From: Candidatus Nomurabacteria bacterium
GTDB lineage: Bacteria > Patescibacteriota > Saccharimonadia > Saccharimonadales > CAIOMD01
DNA length: 44,129 bases
NCBI GenBank assembly: GCA_020631975.1
Contig: JACKGO010000001.1
Span: 197,409 to 241,537 of the forward strand
Direction: 5' to 3'
Below, one piece after another: positions 37,669 to 44,129 of the stretch (its first letter is position 1; every line of letters begins with the position of its first letter). Position numbers and translations under genes: made by a program. Below the pieces are notes generated by a model that saw only the letters and a program-made list of their open reading frames with translations, was not told the DNA's origin and ran no database searches.

Positions 37669-38804
37669 TGAAGTATATGAAAATTGGCATCGTCTGCCCC
37701 TACAATATGTTCCAATTTGCGGGCGGAGTACAAGACATAGTGGTGAATCTGCACACTTACCTGTCAGCGCAAGGACATAGTGTAAAAATCATCACCCCTC
37801 GCCCTCGGGCACACCAAGACTCTGTGAGTGATCACTATATATTGGTTGGTCGTAGCGCCAAGATGAATACACCCTTTAATACAATGGCAGATATTGGCTT
37901 TGAAGCAGACGGAGATGAAATACAGGCTATTTTAGACAGAGAACAGTTTGATATTATACATTTTCATGAACCGTGGGTGCCAGTATTATCAAGGCAAATA
38001 TTATCACGTTCAAAATCAATAAATGTCGCGACATTCCACGCTAAGCTACCAGAAAGTTTATTATCGAAATCTATTATTAGCACTGTCGTGCCTTATACAA
38101 AATCAATCTTAAAGTATATAGATACATACACTGCTGTGTCGCCAGCTGCAGCCGAACATTTGCAAAGCCTTAGTGATGAACATGTAGAAATAATACCAAA
38201 TGGTATACGACTAGAGCAGTTTACACATACCAACCACCTAACACGCAAGAACAAAAAAAAGCGTATCGTCTATTTAGGACGTTTAGAAAAAAGAAAAGGT
38301 ATTGAACATCTTCTAAGTGCGTATGCTTCACTGCGCGAATCGCACAAAGACGTAGAGCTCATTATTGGAGGTAATGGTGTTAAGAATAATATGCTACAAC
38401 GCATTGTCGCCCAGTATGAAATACCAGACGTTACGTTTCTTGGGTATGTTACAGAAGAAGATAAACCATACCTACTTGCCAGTGCTGACGTATTTTGCTC
38501 ACCCGCTTTGTATGGTGAGAGTTTTGGTATAGTTCTTTTAGAAGCAATGGCGGTTGGTACGCCTGTAGTAGCCGGTAACAATAGTGGTTACGCCAGTGTC
38601 ATGACTGGCAAAGGGCGGCTTAGCCTAGTAAACCCTTTGTCTACGAGCGATTTTGCACAACGGTTAGAACTCTTATTATATGACGACGATGTACGTGAAA
38701 TGTGGCGTGTATGGGCTGCCGAAACGATCAAACAATATGACTTTTCAGTCATTGCAAAGCAATACGAATCAGTCTATAAGCAATCACTTGCCCAACATGT
38801 CTAA
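37668..38804 (+). CDS. GT4 glycosyltransferase, PimA-like
   Basis: MKIGIVCPYNMFQFAGGVQ (compare PimA MRIGMVCPYSFDVPGGVQ), HFHEP, ATFH, IPNGI, and GESFGIVLLEAMAVGTPVVA (EX7E region). Confidence 0.85.
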   Translation: MKYMKIGIVCPYNMFQFAGGVQDIVVNLHTYLSAQGHSVKIITPRPRAHQDSVSDHYILVGRSAKMNTPFNTMADIGFEADGDEIQAILDREQFDIIHFHEPWVPVLSRQILSRSKSINVATFHAKLPESLLSKSIISTVVPYTKSILKYIDTYTAVSPAAAEHLQSLSDEHVEIIPNGIRLEQFTHTNHLTRKNKKKRIVYLGRLEKRKGIEHLLSAYASLRESHKDVELIIGGNGVKNNMLQRIVAQYEIPDVTFLGYVTEEDKPYLLASADVFCSPALYGESFGIVLLEAMAVGTPVVAGNNSGYASVMTGKGRLSLVNPLSTSDFAQRLELLLYDDDVREMWRVWAAETIKQYDFSVIAKQYESVYKQSLAQHV

Positions 38805-39909
38805 AAAGTTAAAAATTGGCTTTGTTTTAGACGATACACTAGATACTCCAGACGGCGTTCAGCAATATGTGCTAACGATAGGTGAATGGATGCGATTACA
38901 AGGACATGATGTTCATTATCTTGTCGGTGAATCATATCGCACAGACATACAAAATGTTCACTCTTTAGCAAAAAATATTCGCGTGACTTTTAATAAGAAT
39001 CGGTTAAGTATTCCATTGCCAACGAATAAAAAAGTAATTGCCAAAACGCTCAATAAACTGCAGCTAGACGTACTACATGTGCAGATGCCATATAGTCCGC
39101 TATTTGCTGGACGTGTCATTAGCGCCGCGCCGAATACGGTAAAGATTGTTGGTACGTTTCATATTGTTCCCGCGACATGGTTAGAAAAAACTGGTGCAAA
39201 AAGTTTGCAACTCATTACCAAACATACACTAAAACGTTTTAACTCAATAATTAGTGTTAGCTCAGCAGCGCAAACGTTTGCTAAAACAGTATTTGGCCTC
39301 GATACTATAGTTATTCCCAACACTGTAAATTTACAAGATTTTAAACATAAACCTATCTATAAGTCACCACTGCATATCGTGTTCCTTGGTAGATTGGTAG
39401 AAAGAAAAGGTTGCGAATACTTTTTAAAAGCTCTCAGTCATTTGCAAACTACATACAGTACTGTCGCACCGTTCAATGTTACTATTGCTGGCAAAGGCCC
39501 CTTACTCAAGCGCTTGCAACAGTACACCTTAGAACACAACTTACCTATGGTTACATTTGCAGGATTTATTGACGAAAAAGATAAACCTGCACTTTTAGCG
39601 AGCGCTGATATTGCTGTATTTCCTAGTACGGGTGGTGAGAGTTTTGGCATCGTGCTTATTGAAGCGATGGCCGCAGGATCTCGGGTTGTGCTTGGCGGCA
39701 ATAATGTTGGTTATAAAAGCGTATTAGGTAACAACCCTTCTCTTTTAATATCTCCGCGTGATACCGCTCAATTTGCTCAAACCCTACACAAGTACATTCA
39801 TAGTAAAAAAGACCGAGAAATGGCCTACAAGTGGCTTCAAAAGCAAAAAGATACCTATGATGTTGGTGTCGTCGGTACGTCTATTTTACATATATATGGT
39901 ATAAAGTAA
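38797..39909 (+). CDS. GT4 glycosyltransferase, second PimA-like paralogue
   Basis: ATG at 38797 overlaps the upstream stop by 8 nt, and is preferred over the track start at 38680. KIGFVLDDTLDTPDGVQ, GTFH, IPNTV and GESFGIVLIEAMAAGSRVV. Confidence 0.85.
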   Translation: MSKKLKIGFVLDDTLDTPDGVQQYVLTIGEWMRLQGHDVHYLVGESYRTDIQNVHSLAKNIRVTFNKNRLSIPLPTNKKVIAKTLNKLQLDVLHVQMPYSPLFAGRVISAAPNTVKIVGTFHIVPATWLEKTGAKSLQLITKHTLKRFNSIISVSSAAQTFAKTVFGLDTIVIPNTVNLQDFKHKPIYKSPLHIVFLGRLVERKGCEYFLKALSHLQTTYSTVAPFNVTIAGKGPLLKRLQQYTLEHNLPMVTFAGFIDEKDKPALLASADIAVFPSTGGESFGIVLIEAMAAGSRVVLGGNNVGYKSVLGNNPSLLISPRDTAQFAQTLHKYIHSKKDREMAYKWLQKQKDTYDVGVVGTSILHIYGIK

Positions 39910-39959
39910 GCACGAGCAATAGTATTTCGTTTGCCTACAGCATATAATCGTCAATATAT

Positions 39960-40184
39960 ATGGTATCTGGAGCGAATTTTATAGCGATTGTATGTATTTG
40001 GTTAGTTGCAATAGTTGCAGCGGTATATATTTTTATGCCTACAATTACCTCTTCTATTGGTACCATTCAGACGTACGATGCTGTAGGGTATGATGAATCA
40101 TTTCGTGACCAGCTGCAGCTCAATGAGGATACAACTCTACAGTCTCTTACGCCGCTTGGTATTTTTGAATATTTACAATTTTGA
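39960..40184 (+). CDS. Small membrane protein (74 aa)
   Basis: One N-terminal TM helix. TATAAT (39943-39948) lies 11 nt upstream. Its 3' end overlaps the convergent cysS end. Confidence 0.4.
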   Translation: MVSGANFIAIVCIWLVAIVAAVYIFMPTITSSIGTIQTYDAVGYDESFRDQLQLNEDTTLQSLTPLGIFEYLQF

Positions 40185-41642
40185 TCGACTCCACACCACT
40201 CCGTGTGGTGTATCGGTTAGATATATTCCTTTTTCTTCAAGGTGATGACGAATAGAATCTGATTTGTCCCAATCTTTTTGCGCACGATAATCCTCTCTTG
40301 TTTGTACAGCTTTTTTATCTACGTCTGAAATATCTTCATCGAATAAATCTATACCCAAGATGTCTGCAATATTTTGTAGCAACTTCACAAACTCTGGCAC
40401 AATAGACGACATCATTCCATGGGTATCTATAATGTGAAGGAAATTATCAACCGCAGCAAGTGCGTTAGGAGTGTCCATATCATTATCCATGGCATTATCA
40501 AACGCTTTTAGATATGTAGTTGCTTCCTTTTTTGCGACTTCTTCCTGCTTTTGCATCACAGCAGATTTGTTACTTTTTAAGTCTTTTGAAATGGTATCAG
40601 TATGCAAGGGTTGAATAACCTGAAAACGACGTGAAGCATAGGCTTGCCATTTACGTAAACGATTCTGGGCAGCGGTAAGATTTTGCCAGGTAAAATTGCT
40701 CTCGCTTCTGTAATGGCTCTGTAATACAAATAGTCTAAAGTCAGCGGCGCTAAATCCTTTTGCTAGGACATCATTGAGTGTATATGAATTGCCTAAGCTT
40801 TTACTTAATTTAGTTCCATCTGCGAGGAGGTGATTGTTATGAAGCCAATAATTCGCAAACCGCACACCAGTAGCGCATTCACTTTGAGCGATTTCGTTGG
40901 TGTGGTGCACTGGTATATGGTCTATGCCACCTGTGTGTATATCTATGGTTGGCCCTAGTTTCTGTAGCGCCATTGCACTGCATTCAAGATGCCACCCAGG
41001 GAAGCCTTTTCCCCATGGGCTATTCCATTCCATATCACGTTGTTTATTTACTGGGCTGAATTTCCAAAGAGCAAAGTCACTTGCCGATTTTTTCTGCCGA
41101 TTTGCTTCAACACGTGCACCTTCTTGGTTGTCTTCAAGTTTTAGCCTGGCAAAGTCAGCATATCGTGGAAATCGACTCGTATCAAAATACACCCCATCAT
41201 CAATGACGTATGTATAGCCTTTTTCTTCAAGCGTTTTAATCAGTTCTATTTGCTCATCAATGAATTCGGTTGCTTTTGTATAATAGGTAGGCACAGTACA
41301 GCCTAGCGTATTCATACCTTCTATAAATTCATTTGTATATTTTTCTGCGATCGCCCAAGCTGTTGTACCTTCTTTACGTGCACCTTTTTGCATTTTGTCT
41401 TCACCATCATCTGCGTCACTGACTAGATGACCGACATCAGTAATATTCATAACGCGTGTAACTTTGTAGCCCCGAGCCTGCAATAGTCTCACGAGTACGT
41501 CCCAGCGTAAAAAAGAATCCCAGTTGCCAATTTGTAATGAACTATATACTGTAGGTCCGCACGTATATAACAACACTTCTTTATCGTTCATTGCTTTAAA
41601 AGGTTCTATGTGGCCAGTACGTGTGTTAAAAAAGTGTAGCAT
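40173..41642 (-). CDS. cysS: Cysteine--tRNA ligase
   Basis: CGPTVY, NITDVGHL..D.DDGEDKM, GFPGWHLECSAM, PVHHTNEIAQSE and KLSKSLGN (KMSKS). The HIGH position reads QIGN. Confidence 0.92.
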   Translation of the reverse strand: MLHFFNTRTGHIEPFKAMNDKEVLLYTCGPTVYSSLQIGNWDSFLRWDVLVRLLQARGYKVTRVMNITDVGHLVSDADDGEDKMQKGARKEGTTAWAIAEKYTNEFIEGMNTLGCTVPTYYTKATEFIDEQIELIKTLEEKGYTYVIDDGVYFDTSRFPRYADFARLKLEDNQEGARVEANRQKKSASDFALWKFSPVNKQRDMEWNSPWGKGFPGWHLECSAMALQKLGPTIDIHTGGIDHIPVHHTNEIAQSECATGVRFANYWLHNNHLLADGTKLSKSLGNSYTLNDVLAKGFSAADFRLFVLQSHYRSESNFTWQNLTAAQNRLRKWQAYASRRFQVIQPLHTDTISKDLKSNKSAVMQKQEEVAKKEATTYLKAFDNAMDNDMDTPNALAAVDNFLHIIDTHGMMSSIVPEFVKLLQNIADILGIDLFDEDISDVDKKAVQTREDYRAQKDWDKSDSIRHHLEEKGIYLTDTPHGVVWSRSKL

Positions 41643-41646
41643 GTAA

Positions 41647-42648
41647 TTATTTTAGCAGCTCTTTTAATGCAGAGACGATGTTTGCAGTAGCATCAGACAG
41701 ACTAAGGTTGTTTTCGTCTAGACGAAAGCCCGCCGAATAGGCATGACCGCCGCCACCAAATTTCTTTGCCAACTCATGCGCAAGTGGTGTTCCATGTGTG
41801 CACCGTATAGCTACGGTAATACGATTGTGATAAGTTTTTATAGCAAGCGCCACTCGTACGTTCTTTACCATAAGTAGTTCGCTTAATATTAAAGGTCCTG
41901 GATTGTACAATGTGCCTACATCATATGCTTCTGCTTCGGTAATGACACAGAGCGCTACAGCACCGTCAAATAAAAACTCAGTTCTTTGTATCAGCTGGCC
42001 TTTATAACGAAAGACTCGTTCATCCATTTTGCTATACGCACGACGAGCTTCTTCTAACCCTACCCTATCTACGCCAGCTTCAATAAAATCAGCCATTAAG
42101 CGATAGGTTCTTGGTGTCGCTAAATCATTTGTGAGCCCAAGCGTATCAGAAAGTATACTTTGCATTACTAATTGCTTAGCACGCAGGTTGCTTTGGTATG
42201 CATATTCTGTGAATACTTCATAGAGTAGTTCACCAGCAGAGGCATAGCCATCGCGACTTATATTGTGGGTCGCATATGGAATATCTGACATTACAGCAGC
42301 GTGATGATCTGCAATAATAAAAGGCTTAGTTTTAATAAACATTGCATCTGGCGATTGATCAAATTTTTCTAATAAAACGAGCGCAGCATTATCTACCATA
42401 ATTGTTGCGTCTATGCTACGTGGTAGTTCATTTGTGACTCTATCCCAGCCTTCTATAAAACGTAAGTATTCTGGTATAGCTACGCCACAATAAAGCATTA
42501 CTTTTTTGCCCCGTTGTTCTAGCACTTCTTCTATATAAAGTGCTGACGCTAATGAGTCACCATCTGGCCTGTCTGACTGTATTACTAAAACCGTTTGGGC
42601 AGATTCGAGAATTTCTTTTACTTGAGTATCAGTCGTCTTATGGCTCAT
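41647..42648 (-). CDS. nrnA: DHH/DHHA1 phosphoesterase (NrnA-like oligoribonuclease/pAp phosphatase)
   Basis: DGDSLAS, MVDNA, IIADHH and the DHHA1 motif GGGGHAYSAGF. Overlaps the recR stop by 4 nt. Confidence 0.82.
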   Translation of the reverse strand: MSHKTTDTQVKEILESAQTVLVIQSDRPDGDSLASALYIEEVLEQRGKKVMLYCGVAIPEYLRFIEGWDRVTNELPRSIDATIMVDNAALVLLEKFDQSPDAMFIKTKPFIIADHHAAVMSDIPYATHNISRDGYASAGELLYEVFTEYAYQSNLRAKQLVMQSILSDTLGLTNDLATPRTYRLMADFIEAGVDRVGLEEARRAYSKMDERVFRYKGQLIQRTEFLFDGAVALCVITEAEAYDVGTLYNPGPLILSELLMVKNVRVALAIKTYHNRITVAIRCTHGTPLAHELAKKFGGGGHAYSAGFRLDENNLSLSDATANIVSALKELLK

Positions 42649-43253
42649 AATGCCGTTCTTCCCTGCAAAGCTCGGGTTAAAGTGATTTGATCTGCATATT
42701 CAAGATCCACACCTATAGGTAGCCCCCGTGCTAGTCGCGTGAGTGCAATATCACTAGCTTTCAGCGCTTCTTGAATATATAAAGCGGTAGTTTCCCCTTC
42801 TACACTCGCATTCGTAGCAACGATGACCTCTTTGACATTGTCACGCTTGATTCTATCAACAAGTTCTTGTATATGTAGCTGCTCAGGGCCGATACCATCT
42901 AGCGGCGATATCAGACCACCAAGTACATGATAGGTACCGTCAAACTGATTCGTATTTTCTATAGCAATAATATCAAATGGTTCAGCCACCACAGCCACGG
43001 TTGTTTTATCTCTTTTTGCATCGCTATATAGCGCCGACACTTCTTTATCGGCGTCTATAAGCGCGAAGGTAATTGGACACACTTTAATACCACTATGCAC
43101 CCGTGTTAATGCATCGGCGAGCTTGCTACTGATAGATACATCTTGGCGCAATGTAAAATACGCGTATCGCTCTGCTGTCCGTCTCCCTACACCAGGGAGT
43201 GCAGAGAATCCATCAATAAGTGCACTTAGACTTTTTGGGAGTATATCCGCCAT
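42645..43253 (-). CDS. recR: Recombination protein RecR (zinc-finger cysteines absent)
   Basis: HhH LPGVGRRTAERYAYF and Toprim VVAEPFDIIAIENTNQFDGTYHVLGGLISPLDGIGPE...ATNASVEGETTALYI. The Cys4 region is replaced (see findings). Confidence 0.88.
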   Translation of the reverse strand: MADILPKSLSALIDGFSALPGVGRRTAERYAYFTLRQDVSISSKLADALTRVHSGIKVCPITFALIDADKEVSALYSDAKRDKTTVAVVAEPFDIIAIENTNQFDGTYHVLGGLISPLDGIGPEQLHIQELVDRIKRDNVKEVIVATNASVEGETTALYIQEALKASDIALTRLARGLPIGVDLEYADQITLTRALQGRTAL

Positions 43254-43268
43254 GTTTTTAACGACTTT

Positions 43269-43562
43269 TTAGAACCCTAGATTGCCAAGGTTCCCAAGTA
43301 ATGGTTGCACCTTTTCTGCTGCAATTTTTTGGCTTTCTTGCATCGCAGATTTAATAGCGTCCTCTATCCAACGTTCAAGTTGGCCAATGTCATCAACATC
43401 TACGTATTCTGGATTTATTCGTACTTTTTTTAGTTTTTGCTCACCATTAACTTCAACAATGACAGCTCCGTCACCTGCTTCACCAACAATAATTAATTTT
43501 TGCAATTCTTTTTGCAATTTTTTGGCTTGCATAATCGTCTTTGCCTGATCTAATTTACCCAT
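43269..43562 (-). CDS. ybaB: YbaB/EbfC-family nucleoid-associated protein
   Basis: 97 aa with MQAKKLQKELQK...GEAGDGAVIVEVNGEQKL..V.I....DVDD...LE..I..A. Lies immediately upstream of recR, the canonical synteny. GAGGAG SD. Confidence 0.88.
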   Translation of the reverse strand: MGKLDQAKTIMQAKKLQKELQKLIIVGEAGDGAVIVEVNGEQKLKKVRINPEYVDVDDIGQLERWIEDAIKSAMQESQKIAAEKVQPLLGNLGNLGF

Positions 43563-43579
43563 TGCTCACTCCTCATTTG

Positions 43580-44129
43580 TTACTTATTCGATTGTACCAT
43601 GTAGACAGCTTTTGTCTCAGGGGCATTCGGCCATGCAATGTAAAATCTTTGTAAATTATATAGTGTAGCTAACCCTATAAGTATTGCTACTATGACGACT
43701 GCGCTATTACGAGCAATAGGATTACGTGGGAAATAGCTAAACCACTGTCTTAGTAATTCATAAACACCACTAGCAATGAGAATATAAATAATTGGTATGT
43801 AGGCTGTCATAGGTATCTGGTATATCGTAGATAATGGTACTACAAATGCGAGTACAATCACTAAAAAGGCAAACGAAACTTTGCGACGCTTTGGCATATA
43901 TTTAACAAAATGATATATACCAAGAAACACCATGGCTACAGAAAATATATCAAGCAGTGCCAATGAGCCAACGTACAACTCTGGAAATGGCTGAGCCACA
44001 AAAAATAGTGTGCTAAATTGCCACAAAAAGTTTTTTGCATAGGTAGTGACATCTGGTAGTATCATTGTTGGGATTCCTATGAGTTCTTTTAACTGGCCAG
44101 GGTACTGCGTAACGCTAATGAGCATTGGC
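43580..44129 (-). CDS. Polytopic membrane protein, C-terminal part (N-terminus outside the window)
   Basis: Frame on the - strand is open to the window edge. At least five TM helices, possibly an ArnT/PMT-type glycosyltransferase C-terminus (tentative). Confidence 0.55.
   Translation of the reverse strand, partial: PMLISVTQYPGQLKELIGIPTMILPDVTTYAKNFLWQFSTLFFVAQPFPELYVGSLALLDIFSVAMVFLGIYHFVKYMPKRRKVSFAFLVIVLAFVVPLSTIYQIPMTAYIPIIYILIASGVYELLRQWFSYFPRNPIARNSAVVIVAILIGLATLYNLQRFYIAWPNAPETKAVYMVQSNK

Overview
Gene-dense 44-kb chromosomal window of about 55 CDS, moderately AT-rich. I found no rRNA, tRNA, CRISPR array or transposase. Gene content suggests a reduced-genome bacterium, possibly Patescibacteria/Saccharibacteria-like (inference only): queuosine salvage without de novo genes, an AlaRS lacking the C-Ala domain, a giant FN3-repeat surface protein, and actinobacterial-flavoured WhiB-like and PimA-like genes. 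Housekeeping blocks: a complete F1Fo ATP synthase operon (atpBEFHAGDC, 28.9-35.2 kb); tgt, queA and yhhQ; alaS; and ybaB-recR-nrnA-cysS. Other recognisable genes: a MacB-type ABC pair, VIT1, SulP, cardiolipin synthase, an OmpR/HK two-component system and two PimA-like GT4 glycosyltransferases. Items worth a second look: (1) a ~440-nt G+C-rich, helix-dense non-coding locus with its own promoter and terminator upstream of alaS, which matches no RNA family I can recognise by eye; (2) a damage-tolerance island with a UmuC-type Y-family polymerase, an uncharacterised 88-aa upstream partner (paralogue 5 kb away), an antisense Cys/His-rich mini-ORF and a divergent SRAP/YedK gene; (3) a WhiB-like Fe-S regulator coupled to an unknown 390-aa protein; (4) a strongly G+C-rich single-gene cassette with its own SD and GC-rich terminator, likely horizontally acquired; (5) a secreted (I/L)TxxQ-repeat protein upstream of the two-component system; (6) tandem paralogous membrane-anchored coiled-coil proteins ending in a CGxACS motif; (7) a recurrent -10-hexamer-to-ATG spacing of 6-9 nt, implying leaderless mRNAs. 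All calls come from reading the sequence and ORF translations, with no database search.
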